NCBI GenBank assembly: GCA_965248535.1
Contig: CBDFJR010000005.1
Coordinates: forward strand, 779,546 to 843,545
Source: Phormidesmis sp.
Lineage (GTDB): Bacteria > Cyanobacteriota > Cyanobacteriia > Leptolyngbyales > Leptolyngbyaceae
DNA length: 64,000 bases
Direction of reading: 5' to 3'
Shown: piece by piece, positions 48,929 through 59,133 of the stretch
Layout of the letters: every line of letters begins with the position of its first letter
Numbering within the stretch: the stretch's first letter is position 1
Position numbers and translations under genes: made by a program
Notes under the pieces: model-generated
Told to the model about the DNA's origin: nothing
The model's input: only the letters and a program-made list of their open reading frames with translations
Database searches by the model: none

Positions 48929-49684
48929 TTAACCTTTTTTGAGGGTTTCGATGCCCTGGGTCACTTTGGCAGACTCAATGCGATCGCCCTGCTGAATCTT
49001 ATCGACAACTTCCATGCCCTGAGTCACATAGCCAAACACGGCATAATCACCATCTAAAAATTGCAGGTCAGCCAGCGCAAAATAAAACTGCGAAGAGGCA
49101 GAATCAGGAAACGCCGATCGGGCCATCGCCACCGCGCCGCGAGTGTGCTTAAGCTTAGGATTTTTAGACTCCAAGGTTTTGCTATAGACAATGGCAGCGC
49201 TAGCTTTGTCAGGCTTGATCTCTAATGGAATGCTGCGAGGCTGATTCGTCGCCGGATCGATGTAGCCCCCCGTTCCCAACTGCTCTAGCGGAAAGTTGGG
49301 ATTTTTGCCCTGCGGGTCGCCGCCCTGCACGACAAACGGCTGCGGCTCTCGCACCACCCGGTGAAACACCAGACCGTCATAGACTTTTTTATCAACTAAA
49401 TCAACAAAATTACCAGCGGTGATCGGGGCATCAATGCCGTTGACCTCGATCGTGATCGGGGCACCCTTCACCGTCATCACAACGGTTGCTTTGCCCTCTA
49501 AACGAGGCAGATTTGCTGCTTGAGGAGAAGAACTTGGAACAGCAGGCACCGCAGTCGTAGCAGAGGGAGATGCAGATGGGGAACTGGTGGGAGCAGAAGA
49601 ACTTGCTTGCGGATTGCAGCCCACGATCGCGAAGATGGCGATCGCCAAAGTCGATAAAAGCCAGTTTCGGATTTTTGTCTGCAT
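48929..49684 (-). CDS. Cyclophilin-type peptidyl-prolyl isomerase (lipoprotein)
   Basis: Lipobox IVGC; APITAGNF, FHRVV, GAVAMARS, SASSQFY, YAVFG. Confidence 0.95.
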   Translation of the reverse strand: MQTKIRNWLLSTLAIAIFAIVGCNPQASSSAPTSSPSASPSATTAVPAVPSSSPQAANLPRLEGKATVVMTVKGAPITIEVNGIDAPITAGNFVDLVDKKVYDGLVFHRVVREPQPFVVQGGDPQGKNPNFPLEQLGTGGYIDPATNQPRSIPLEIKPDKASAAIVYSKTLESKNPKLKHTRGAVAMARSAFPDSASSQFYFALADLQFLDGDYAVFGYVTQGMEVVDKIQQGDRIESAKVTQGIETLKKG

Positions 49685-49802
49685 TTTTAGTTACCCATTT
49701 CAACAAAGCCACCTAATATCTTATCGCTCAGGTGCCCAAATTTGAGAGGCCAACCCTCCAAGAGGCATCCCATCCAGTGACTTTTCTAGACCTCATTAAT
49801 CA

Positions 49803-50369
49803 TTACAACCCCTCTAGAGGCACGCTCAAAAATCTAGCCAGTTCTGCGGCTTCGTTTTCTAGCTCAGACAGAGCCAGAGGTTGACCTACCCGCGTCAGCG
49901 GAATATCTCGCATTCCCTTGACTCGCAGATAGAGCGATCGTCGCGGGTTAACCCCTTCTCTGAGAATTGCTTTGACCGCTTGCACATCGCTCAACTGACC
50001 GTTTAACTCAATCTTGCGATTTTTGCCCGGAAACCCCCAGCGAAAAATCGCCAACCGCCCCGTCTGCTTGTTGAACTCGTTGTAGCCGCCGCCTAAATCC
50101 CAGGCAATGCTCAACCATAGATAAGCAGCTAGCAGCAGCGCAGCCACGCCATAAAACCCCATCACCAACCCCTGCGGCACAAAGATCAACTTAGTAGGGT
50201 CGGCAAACGGTAAGAAGTTGGTTTTGGTGTAACTAGAAATCGAGGCTAGCAAAAACCCGGTTCCCCCGATCGAGACCACGATCGCCCACCAATAGTTACT
50301 AAACCGTCTCGACCCTAAAATCTGCTGGCGCAGAACGAGATCATTTGTAGAGGCTGTCTGTGCAGTCAT
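49803..50369 (-). CDS. ycf4: Photosystem I assembly protein Ycf4
   Basis: GSRRFSNYWWA, FVPQGLVMGFYG, FRWGFPGKNR, IPLTRVG; start moved to ATG 50369. Confidence 0.97.
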   Translation of the reverse strand: MTAQTASTNDLVLRQQILGSRRFSNYWWAIVVSIGGTGFLLASISSYTKTNFLPFADPTKLIFVPQGLVMGFYGVAALLLAAYLWLSIAWDLGGGYNEFNKQTGRLAIFRWGFPGKNRKIELNGQLSDVQAVKAILREGVNPRRSLYLRVKGMRDIPLTRVGQPLALSELENEAAELARFLSVPLEGL

Positions 50370-50622
50370 GAGATCACTAGACCCTAAAAAAGTTACAAAT
50401 TGAGCGCGCAAACCCCGATCGCGCCGCGACACAAAAGGTTCGGCAACCCTGGCAAAACTCAACCTGCGATCTTAAAAGCCAGACCGCTAGAAACCTTGAA
50501 TCGTGCCCAGGCAATACTAGCCTAATCTATTACCGCGTCATCAAGGTTCAAAAAATCCCAGAGCGATGCGGTTTATTCCGACTCATACCAATTTGATTTG
50601 TGAATGCGACAGATCCGCACGA

Positions 50623-50680
50623 GGGCACGGCAGTGCCATGCCCGTACAAAAAGCGTAGGGGCATGGCACTGCCGTGCCCC
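50623..50680. repeat. Inverted pair of GTAG-type REP-like palindromes
   Basis: GGGCACGGCAGTGCCATGCCCGTAC-AAAAAGC-GTAGGGGCATGGCACTGCCGTGCCCC. Confidence 0.65.
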
Positions 50681-50842
50681 GTCGGATTAAACGATCAGTC
50701 GCAATTGCATCCGAAATCGGTATCAGGTTCGCAGATTGCACAAAACCAGGCGCAGCACCGCCCAAGAGCGGCATCAGGGACTGGCCTTGCCGTGCTCACA
50801 GACTGCGATGATCTTCTACTAACCTGATTTAATTTACATCCC

Positions 50843-53023
50843 TTAGAAATGCTCTGTCTCCCGACCATTGGGCAACAGCACTTGCAAAATGTCTTTAAAG
50901 GGCTGGTCTTCTTGAATCAGTTCTTCCACATCGGCTCCAGTCAGCGGCTTAGAAAACAGATAGCCTTGGGCATATTCACATTTCAAGGCTTTGAGTTGCG
51001 CCAGTTGCTTAGTGGTCTCGACCCCTTCAGCGACGACATCCATGCCCAAGTTCCAGGCTAGGGTGATGATGGTTCTCACCAGTTCTAATTTCTCGCCATC
51101 GACATCGACACGGCTGATAAAGGAGCGATCGATCTTGAGCAAATCCATCGGAAAGCGATAGAGATAGCCCAGCGACGAGTAGCCCGTGCCAAAGTCATCT
51201 ACTGATAGCTGAATGCCCATCGCTTTAAGCTGCAACAGCATATCCATCGCGCTCTCAGTGTTTTCCATGATGGCGCTTTCAGTGATTTCTAGCTTTAAAT
51301 AGTGAGCCTCTAGCTCAGTGTCAGCTAATATTTGACGAATCTGTTTAATTAGACTCGGCTGAGAAAATTGGCGACTCGATAAGTTGACACTGATGCTCAA
51401 AGGCGGCTGACTCGGAAAAGCGGCGTGCCAAGCTTTCATTTGACGACAAGCCTCGCGCAACACCCACTGTCCGAGCGGAATGATTAACCCAGTTTCTTCG
51501 GCCATCGGCACAAATTTCACCGGAGACACTAGTCCCTGTTCGGGGTGCTGCCAGCGCACTAGGGCTTCAAACCCCATAATTTTGCCCGTTGCCAGGGCCA
51601 CGATCGGTTGATAGTAGAGCAAAAATTCTTGCCGCTCTACGGCTCTTCGCAGGTCATTTTCGAGTTGCAGCAAGTTGACCACTCGCGTGTGCATTTCTGT
51701 ATCAAAGACTTCGTGGCAGGCTTTGCCCGATGCCTTGGCGCGATACATGGCGATGTCTGCGCCACGCAAGAGATCTTCGGGTAGCTCATAGGCGGTCGTG
51801 CTCAAGGTGATGCCGATGCTCGCAGACGTAAACACCTCGTGCCCGTTGAGATTAAACGGAGTCGAGAGCGCTTTGTGCACCCGCTCGGCAATTTTCTTGG
51901 CATCTTCTAGGTTTTGAATGCGCTCTAGCAGAATGGTAAACTCGTCGCCGCCCAGCCGCGAGACCATATCTTCACGACTCACGCAGGCTTCTAGCCGTCG
52001 AGCGATCGCGATTAAAAGCTGATCGCCGATCAGGTGCCCTAGACTGTCGTTGATCACTTTGAAGCGATCGAGGTCTAAAAACAGCACCGCAAACTGATGA
52101 TCGGCACTTTGTTGAGCGCGGGCCACGGTCTGGGCCAACCGCTCCATAAACAGCAGACGATTGGGCAAGCCAGTCAGCGAGTCGTGAAAGGCGTTGCGAC
52201 GCAATTGTTCTTCGACCTGCTTGCGCTCAGTGACCTCGCGCATCACCGACACAAAGTGGGTCACTTGCCCCTGCTCATTGCGAATCGGCACTGTGTTGAG
52301 ATCAACCCAAAACCGCGAGTTGTCTTTGTGATAGAGAATCAATTCAGCTTTGACGGCTTCAAACTTGAGCAGGCTAGCGCGAATTCGGGCGATTTCGCTG
52401 GCTGAGGTGTGCGTGCCAAACAGCAACTGGGCCGACTTGCCGATCACTTCAGCCGAGGTGTGACCCGTGGCTCTCAAAAAGGCATCGTTGACATAGACGA
52501 TCCGCAGGCTCAGTGGGTCGGGGGTCGGCTCTACCTGGGAGATCATCACTATTTCATTGGCATTCACCACGACTGATTCTAAAAGGCGCAGATATTCTTC
52601 TAGCCACTTGCGCTCTGTGATGTCTTTGACGGTGATCAGGGTGCCTGTGGGGTCTCCTTGATTGGTGCAGAGCAGGGTCACGTTGACTTCTGCCCAAAAT
52701 TTTCTGCCGTCTTTGCGTTTGAGTTGTCCTTCTTGCCAGCCATAGAAGTTTTGGCGGTCTTGCTCAGGCTGCTCGGTGTGAAACTGGAGCCAGCCTTCGA
52801 TCGCTGAGAAAAATTGGTGGGCAGGTTTGCCGACCATTTCTGCCACTGAGCAGCCTACCAGCTTTGCCATGCGAGAGTTGACATGCAAAACGCAATCGTC
52901 TAGATCGGTGATGACGACCCCATCATTGAGATTTTCTACAACGGTGCGAAGCAGCCAATCTGGTTCTTGAAGAGTGGTTAAAAGTGCGGTCACAGGTTGG
53001 GTGATGGAGTGATCAATCGCCAT
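50843..53023 (-). CDS. PAS-PAS-GGDEF-EAL diguanylate cyclase/phosphodiesterase
   Basis: Two PAS/PAC domains, HDSLTGLPNR, LGGDEF, GFEALVRW, DDFGTGYSSL. Confidence 0.95.
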   Translation of the reverse strand: MAIDHSITQPVTALLTTLQEPDWLLRTVVENLNDGVVITDLDDCVLHVNSRMAKLVGCSVAEMVGKPAHQFFSAIEGWLQFHTEQPEQDRQNFYGWQEGQLKRKDGRKFWAEVNVTLLCTNQGDPTGTLITVKDITERKWLEEYLRLLESVVVNANEIVMISQVEPTPDPLSLRIVYVNDAFLRATGHTSAEVIGKSAQLLFGTHTSASEIARIRASLLKFEAVKAELILYHKDNSRFWVDLNTVPIRNEQGQVTHFVSVMREVTERKQVEEQLRRNAFHDSLTGLPNRLLFMERLAQTVARAQQSADHQFAVLFLDLDRFKVINDSLGHLIGDQLLIAIARRLEACVSREDMVSRLGGDEFTILLERIQNLEDAKKIAERVHKALSTPFNLNGHEVFTSASIGITLSTTAYELPEDLLRGADIAMYRAKASGKACHEVFDTEMHTRVVNLLQLENDLRRAVERQEFLLYYQPIVALATGKIMGFEALVRWQHPEQGLVSPVKFVPMAEETGLIIPLGQWVLREACRQMKAWHAAFPSQPPLSISVNLSSRQFSQPSLIKQIRQILADTELEAHYLKLEITESAIMENTESAMDMLLQLKAMGIQLSVDDFGTGYSSLGYLYRFPMDLLKIDRSFISRVDVDGEKLELVRTIITLAWNLGMDVVAEGVETTKQLAQLKALKCEYAQGYLFSKPLTGADVEELIQEDQPFKDILQVLLPNGRETEHF

Positions 53024-53261
53024 GGTGAACTCCTCTGTGCTCTCTGCTCTGAGACGCGACTAAATTGAGAGCTTGACTTCTAAAATCTGGTTTATGCAAG
53101 GCTTTTAAGAGGGTTATCAATCAGAAAATAATCACAAGCGATCGCGGTCAGAGCCTTCGCTTACAGGACTTGTAGACTCAGTTTGCCCAATTTTTTTAAG
53201 AAACTTGGACGTTAGGTAAAGTTTTTTGAGTGGACAAAGTTTTGAATCAGCCGTCAATAAA

Positions 53262-54125
53262 TCACAGGGTTTTTAGAAACTGAGTGATCACGTCTGCCAT
53301 CTCAGAGGCGTGATTTTGCGGCAGCGCGTGATCGGCGTTGGGCAGGATGGCGAGTTGAGCACGGGCGATCGCGGTGGCATAGGTTTGACTGTGCCAGAGG
53401 GGAATTGTTTCGTCTCGATCGCCTGTCATGACCAAGGTCGGCACTCGCAGCCGATGAATTTCAGTTTCTACGGTGTCGATCGCGTCTTCAGGTCGAATGC
53501 GATCGACGAGGAACGATCGAGCGGCGGGCTGGGCGTTTAGCTCGCGGCGGGCCCAGACGATCGTGTCTAATGCCTGGCTGTGGCCTGCTAATTTCACGAG
53601 AGGTTTCGCGATCGCGAGGGCCCAATCCACGATCGGGGTTTGCCATAATAAAGGACGCAAATGGTCATAGCGCCCCGCAAAACTATCATCTCGAATGCCT
53701 GCCGGAGCCGCGAGCAGCAATCCTTTAACAGCATCGGGATACTGCAAGGCATAGGCCGCGGCGACCCAGCCCCCAAACGAGTGTCCTAAGACATAGCAGG
53801 GATCAAGCTGCAACGCTTTGACGACTTGCCGCACAAAGGCAACTTCTTTGGCAACGTCATAGCGGATGTGGGGTTTGGCAGACGCTCCGAACCCCAGCAG
53901 ATCTAAGCTAATGCAGTGAAACTGATCTTTTAGCCGCTCCATCAGGGGGAGCCAGTTAGTGCTGTTGCCCAAAAACCCGTGCAGCATTAATAGAGGGGTT
54001 CCTTGCCCGGCTTCTAGGTAGGCAGCCGATTGAGGCGTGCGATCGAGCGAGTCAAAGTCTAAATGGATTTGCAGCAAGCGCTGTTGATGAACAGGTGTTT
54101 CCACGGGGTGTTGGTCTAACTTCAC
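53262..54125 (-). CDS. Alpha/beta-fold hydrolase
   Basis: LHGFLG, DLLGFG, GHSFGG nucleophile, GDRD acid, DHAL His. Confidence 0.92.
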   Translation of the reverse strand: MKLDQHPVETPVHQQRLLQIHLDFDSLDRTPQSAAYLEAGQGTPLLMLHGFLGNSTNWLPLMERLKDQFHCISLDLLGFGASAKPHIRYDVAKEVAFVRQVVKALQLDPCYVLGHSFGGWVAAAYALQYPDAVKGLLLAAPAGIRDDSFAGRYDHLRPLLWQTPIVDWALAIAKPLVKLAGHSQALDTIVWARRELNAQPAARSFLVDRIRPEDAIDTVETEIHRLRVPTLVMTGDRDETIPLWHSQTYATAIARAQLAILPNADHALPQNHASEMADVITQFLKTL

Positions 54126-54223
54126 TCAATCTTAACTTGACACCCTCACCGGATTTGAGACAGACGCGATAGCGTGGAGAAGGGGAGTTCTAAAGCCGTG
54201 GTTTCCCTGAGAGGTTTTTGATC

Positions 54224-54583
54224 ATGAAGATTCGATATAGTGCCGCGATCGTTGTCAGCTTATTGGGGATGGGTTGGCTGGGGTCTGCTGCTCAGGCAAA
54301 CGGAGGGGGAGGGCTGACTTCCTCTCAGCTACAGCGATTTTCGCGGGATTTGGTGCCGTCGAGTTCGCAAGATTTTTTTAGACAAGGGCAAGAGCAGCGA
54401 GAGCAAGAGATTCAGCGGCTCGATCATCCAAGTCTCAATTCCACTGAGCGACTGCTGAAGGTTGAGCCGCAGATTCAAAGCCGGGACGATCGCGCTCAAA
54501 CGGTCTGGCAGCAGCGCTCAACTCCCCAAAAAGCAGCCGATATCAAGCCTTCTAGCCGAGAAGGAAGAAGGGTGTCTCCGTAA
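54224..54583 (+). CDS. Small secreted hypothetical protein
   Basis: Signal peptide MKIRYSAAIVVSLLGMGWLGSAAQA; SQDFFRQGQEQREQEIQRL. Confidence 0.7.
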   Translation: MKIRYSAAIVVSLLGMGWLGSAAQANGGGGLTSSQLQRFSRDLVPSSSQDFFRQGQEQREQEIQRLDHPSLNSTERLLKVEPQIQSRDDRAQTVWQQRSTPQKAADIKPSSREGRRVSP

Positions 54584-54648
54584 GGTCACGCTACAACTAA
54601 TAATTTCTGATGAATTTGTCCCAAATCATACCTAAGCACGGGTGTTGT

Positions 54649-54691
54649 GTAGTATTTTATACTTATAGTGACGGTTCATCGTTGATAAAGT
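54649..54691 (+). promoter_or_regulatory. Putative NtcA-activated promoter
   Basis: GTAgtattttaTAC (54649-54662) = GTA-N8-TAC, followed 23 nt later by TAAAGT (TAN3T). Confidence 0.5.
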
Positions 54692-54777
54692 GCCAGTAAA
54701 GCGCCCCCTGAAGTTTGAAAAAACTCATTGCACCCACTCAACAGCAAGTACTTACGATTACTCAGGAGACTGTGAAG

Positions 54778-55062
54778 ATGTCTGTGGAAAGTGCAACTCG
54801 ATTTTTGACAGCGGCGGCTCAAGATCAAATTATTCGTGAAAAATTTATGGCGGTGGCCTCGCCCGAAGAGTTTCTCAAAATCTCTGACCAGTTAGGCTAT
54901 TGCTTTACGATCGCCGAGCTTGAACAGCTCATCCAAGACTGTAGCCAAGGCGTGATGGTCAGACGATCGACCGGGGTTTGGAAGTGGCTGCGGAGCGTTA
55001 ACTGGCTAGAGCGCTCGAGTCATGCTCTTCATCAAGGGCAGCAGGCGTTTGCCGGAGCATAA
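54778..55062 (+). CDS. Nif11-like leader peptide family protein
   Basis: MSVESATRFLTAAAQDQIIREKF...EEFLKISDQLGYCFTIAEL; CAGGAG RBS upstream of ATG 54778. Confidence 0.8.
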   Translation: MSVESATRFLTAAAQDQIIREKFMAVASPEEFLKISDQLGYCFTIAELEQLIQDCSQGVMVRRSTGVWKWLRSVNWLERSSHALHQGQQAFAGA

Positions 55063-55155
55063 AACGGGGAAGCGATCGGCTGCTCAAACGTCGCGATCTT
55101 TGCAGTTTGTAAAGCGCGGCGTTTAGCTGATTGCCTGATTTGCGATGATTGAGGG

Positions 55156-57108
55156 ATGAAATTTTTCTCAACCTTCATCACCGCTATTGTTGCAGTTGTT
55201 CTCCTCCCTTCGCTTATGGTTTTTGCTCAAGGGGCCGCGATCGTGCCCAACGAAAATTTAGTCGCTGACGGCATTCCTACCATTCCGGCGGTGCTGGCCG
55301 AAACGGTCGATCGCTATACGCAGTTCCGATCGGCAAGTTTGTCGAGTTGGCACCCAACTAAGCGAGAAATGCTGATTTCGACTCGTTTTGCAGACACGCC
55401 CCAGGTGCATCGGGTCAAGTTTCCTTTGGGCAGCCGCCAGCAGATGACCTTCTTTCCTGAACGGGTCAGCGGCGCAACTTACCAGCCGACTCAAGGAAGT
55501 TATTTTGTCTTTAGCAAAGACATTGGGGGCAACGAGTTTAGCCAAAATTATCGCTATGACTTTGAGACGGGCGACGTGACGCTGTTGACCGACGGCAAAT
55601 CAAAAAATAGTCGCGGGATCTGGTCTCATCGCGGCGATCGCGTCATCTACACCTCCACTCGGCGCACGGGGCAGGACACTGACTTCTACAGCATTGATCC
55701 CACCCATCCCCAGAGCGATCGCTTGCTGTCTACCGTCGAAGGCGGCGGCTGGGGCGGGTTGAGTTGGTCGCCCGACGATCGTCAACTGCTGATGCAGGAA
55801 TATGTATCGGTTAACGAAAGCTATCTTTGGCTGATGGACACGCAATCGGGTCAAAAAACGCTGATCACGCCCAAAGGGGGAAAGGAAAAGATTGCTTACC
55901 AAAGCGGCGTGTTTAGCAAAGACGGCAAAGGTTTGTATGTGATCAGCGATCGTGACTCTGAGTTTTCTCGGCTCTCTTATCTTGATCTAGCCACCTCTCA
56001 ACCCACCTATCTAACCAGCCAAATTGCGTGGGATGTCGAGGATTTTGACCTGTCTGAAGATGGCAAACACCTTGCCTTTGTCACCAACGAAGCCGGAGCC
56101 AGCGTGCTTCATGTCTTAGACACGGCCACCCGCAAAGAGATTTTGCTGCCAAAATTGCCTGTAGGACTGGTGTATGGCATCACCTGGCACCGCAATAATC
56201 AAGATTTAGGCTTTACGTTGATATCTGCCCGATCGACCGCCGATGTTTATTCTTTAAATCTGGTGACGAATAAACTCGATCGCTGGACAGAGAGCGAGAC
56301 AGGAGGCTTGAATACTGCCCGGTTTGCAGAGCCTGAACTGGTGCGATGGAAGAGTTTTGACCAGCAATCAATTTCTGGATTTCTCTATCGTCCGCCTGCC
56401 AAATTTACGGGCAAACGTCCGGTGATGATCGACATTCACGGCGGGCCAGAAGGGCAATTTCGCCCCGTGTTTTTAGGACGCGCCAACTATTACTTAAACG
56501 AGTTGGGTATGGCGATGATCTTTCCCAACGTGCGCGGCTCTACCGGATATGGCAAAACGTTTCTGACGCTAGACAACGGAGTTTTGCGCGAAGATTCGGT
56601 CAAAGACATCGGCGCACTGCTAGATTGGATCGCGACTCAACCCGACCTTGACAAAGACCGAATTTTAGTCACGGGCGGCAGCTATGGCGGCTATATGTCG
56701 CTGGCGGTGGCCACTCACTATAGCGATCGCATCCGAGCCTCGATCGATATTGTCGGCATCTCTAACTTCGTCACGTTTCTTGAAAAAACCGAAGGCTATC
56801 GGCGAGATTTGCGCCGCGTGGAATATGGCGACGAACGCGACCCCAAAATGCGGGAGTTTTTGCTGAAAATTTCGCCCGTCAACAACGCCGATCGCATCCA
56901 AAAACCGCTGTTTGTGATTCACGGCAAAAACGATCCGCGAGTGCCGCTCAACGAAGCTGAGCAGATCGTCGCCACCGTGCGAAAAAACAAGGTTCCGGTT
57001 TGGTATCTCATGGCAAAAGACGAAGGACACGGATTTTCTAAGAAGAAAAACGTTGACTTTCAGTTCTATGCCACAGTCACCTACGTCAAAGAAACCCTGC
57101 TGAAATGA
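55156..57108 (+). CDS. Secreted S9-family peptidase with a beta-propeller domain
   Basis: Signal peptide, DIHGGPE, PNVRGSTGYG, GGSYGG, NDPRVP, DEGHGF. Confidence 0.93.
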   Translation: MKFFSTFITAIVAVVLLPSLMVFAQGAAIVPNENLVADGIPTIPAVLAETVDRYTQFRSASLSSWHPTKREMLISTRFADTPQVHRVKFPLGSRQQMTFFPERVSGATYQPTQGSYFVFSKDIGGNEFSQNYRYDFETGDVTLLTDGKSKNSRGIWSHRGDRVIYTSTRRTGQDTDFYSIDPTHPQSDRLLSTVEGGGWGGLSWSPDDRQLLMQEYVSVNESYLWLMDTQSGQKTLITPKGGKEKIAYQSGVFSKDGKGLYVISDRDSEFSRLSYLDLATSQPTYLTSQIAWDVEDFDLSEDGKHLAFVTNEAGASVLHVLDTATRKEILLPKLPVGLVYGITWHRNNQDLGFTLISARSTADVYSLNLVTNKLDRWTESETGGLNTARFAEPELVRWKSFDQQSISGFLYRPPAKFTGKRPVMIDIHGGPEGQFRPVFLGRANYYLNELGMAMIFPNVRGSTGYGKTFLTLDNGVLREDSVKDIGALLDWIATQPDLDKDRILVTGGSYGGYMSLAVATHYSDRIRASIDIVGISNFVTFLEKTEGYRRDLRRVEYGDERDPKMREFLLKISPVNNADRIQKPLFVIHGKNDPRVPLNEAEQIVATVRKNKVPVWYLMAKDEGHGFSKKKNVDFQFYATVTYVKETLLK

Positions 57109-57398
57109 AGCACCTCAAATCTTGGCTTGAAGCCTGCAATCAGCCGCCAATTGAGTACGGGCAGAGTCTTGCCGTGTTCCTAGTCTTCGCAAATAGCCGA
57201 CAATTTTAGATCCGCGATCGCAACTGCCTTAGATTTGAGCAAGATTGTCACCCGGCCGTCTCAGGCAATGTCATAATGAAATCTGCTTGGTTTCCATCCC
57301 GATCGCAGTCCTTGATTTTCATGGGCTAGACGGCGCACCGATGGAACCGTCACCACATCAGAGCGTTCTGATTAACACTCAACCCCACGTAGGAAGTT

Positions 57399-57746
57399 AT
57401 GTCACAAGGACAGGGATTTGGCTTTGGTCTGGGCAAAATGAAGGAACTAAAAGAAGCCTTCCAAAAAGCTCAACAAGTTCAAGAAGGAGCAAAGCGCCTT
57501 CAAGAAGAACTCGAACAAATGCGAATTGAGGGCGAATCGAGCGGCGGGCTGGTTAAGGTTGTGCTGAGTGGCAACCAAGAGCCGATCGATGTCACCATCT
57601 CTGCCGATGCGATGAAAGAGTCGCCAGAGCTAGTGGCTGATCTCGTGTTAGCAGCCATGCAAGACGCTTACACTAAATCAACCGCCACCATGCGCGAGCA
57701 AATGGAAGAACTGACGGGTGGGCTAAATCTGCCGGGTCTAGGCTAG
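57399..57746 (+). CDS. ybaB: YbaB/EbfC nucleoid-associated protein
   Basis: [42 protein letters not shown]. Confidence 0.93.
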   Translation: MSQGQGFGFGLGKMKELKEAFQKAQQVQEGAKRLQEELEQMRIEGESSGGLVKVVLSGNQEPIDVTISADAMKESPELVADLVLAAMQDAYTKSTATMREQMEELTGGLNLPGLG

Positions 57747-57770
57747 ATCGCTGACTTTAGGCTTTTTATT

Positions 57771-57814
57771 AACCGGGCTAACCGATTCATTTAAAATACG
57801 GTAGCCCGGTTTTT
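57771..57814 (+). terminator. Hairpin with a short U-tract after ybaB
   Basis: AACCGGGCTA(A)CCG...CGGTAGCCCGGTT followed by TTT. Confidence 0.4.
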
Positions 57815-57827
57815 GCATTCAAAAAAG

Positions 57828-58325
57828 ATGACTTATCGATTACTCTTCGTTTGCTTGGGCAACATTTGTCGATCGCCCTCCGCCGAAAATATTATGAATC
57901 ACCTCATTCACCAAGCTGGATTAGCGGACAAAATTCAGTGCGACTCGGCAGGCACGTCAAGCTATCACATCGGCAGTCAGCCCGATCGCCGCATGACTCT
58001 AGCTGCTAACCTGCGAGGCGTTGAGTTAGTAGGTCAGGCCCGCCAGTTTACCAAGGCTGATTTTGAAGCATTTGACCTAATTTTAGCGATGGATCGCGAC
58101 AACTATGAGGGAATTTGTGCCCTCGATCGGGCTGGTCGCGATCGTCACAAAGTCCGGTTGATGTGTGATTTTTGCACCCGCCACTCGCTCAAGCAGGTGC
58201 CTGATCCCTACTATGGCGGTGAAGAAGGCTTTAATCAGGTGATTGATCTGCTGTTTGATGCTTGTGAGGGGCTGCTGGATTGGGTCGTCAAAACAGAAGG
58301 ACTGACTCGAATTCACAATCTTTGA
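57828..58325 (+). CDS. Low-molecular-weight protein-tyrosine phosphatase
   Basis: CLGNICRS P-loop, DSAGT, VPDPYYG. Confidence 0.96.
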   Translation: MTYRLLFVCLGNICRSPSAENIMNHLIHQAGLADKIQCDSAGTSSYHIGSQPDRRMTLAANLRGVELVGQARQFTKADFEAFDLILAMDRDNYEGICALDRAGRDRHKVRLMCDFCTRHSLKQVPDPYYGGEEGFNQVIDLLFDACEGLLDWVVKTEGLTRIHNL

Positions 58326-58345
58326 AGTCAGTGTAATCTTTGAAG

Positions 58346-59002
58346 TCAGTGTAATAAATGGTGCTCCATCGCAAACCGAACTAGCTCGGCTCGATTGCTG
58401 GTGTCGGTTTTTCTGAGCAGGCTGCTGACGTGTTTTTCAACCGTGCGGGGACTGAGATGCAGCTTGTCACCAATTTGGCTATTAGAGAGTCCTTCGCTTA
58501 AAAAATACAGCACTTCTGTTTCACGATCGGTCAAGTCTACGATCACGGTTGGCGCATAGATGATCCCCCTAGCAGCGGAGTCATTGCCCCCAACTGTCTG
58601 CACTCGCGATCGCCACTCAGACTCAATCATCTGCGATCGCTCTAGCAAATTGCGAACCACTGCGCCTAGCTCAGATAACTCAAACGGCTTGGCCAGATAG
58701 ACATCGCAGCCCAACTGATAGCCCAAAACTCGCTCTTTAGGGTCAGTGCGCCCAGTGAGAAACACCACGGGCAACAGGCGCAGTGAGGGTTGCCGCCGCA
58801 CCTGTCTGACCAGTTCATAGCCATCCATCTGGGGCATCGTGATGTCGGTCACGATCAGGTGAGGCTGATAGGTTTCGACCATCCCAAGGGCTTCTTTGCC
58901 ATTCTCAGCGGCAATCACTGAGTAACCGGAGGCTTCGAGATAGTCGCCAATTGAAAGGCGTGTGCCGGAATCGTCGTCAGCAACCAAGATCGTCAGGGGC
59001 AT
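58346..59002 (-). CDS. NarL/FixJ-family response regulator (REC + LuxR HTH)
   Basis: VADDD, VTDITMP, YLAKP; LTDRETEVL...GLSNSQIGDKLHLSPRTVEKH. Confidence 0.95.
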   Translation of the reverse strand: MPLTILVADDDSGTRLSIGDYLEASGYSVIAAENGKEALGMVETYQPHLIVTDITMPQMDGYELVRQVRRQPSLRLLPVVFLTGRTDPKERVLGYQLGCDVYLAKPFELSELGAVVRNLLERSQMIESEWRSRVQTVGGNDSAARGIIYAPTVIVDLTDRETEVLYFLSEGLSNSQIGDKLHLSPRTVEKHVSSLLRKTDTSNRAELVRFAMEHHLLH

Positions 59003-59133
59003 GGAACTACGTCAATTTGCGAACTTAATCACTAGGGTAGGTCAAGTTCACATCAAAGCGTCGCTCAGATTATCATTTCACAGCTAAAAATTAAGGCTTT
59101 CTGGGGGCGCTCTGGCAAGGTTGAGCCATCCGC

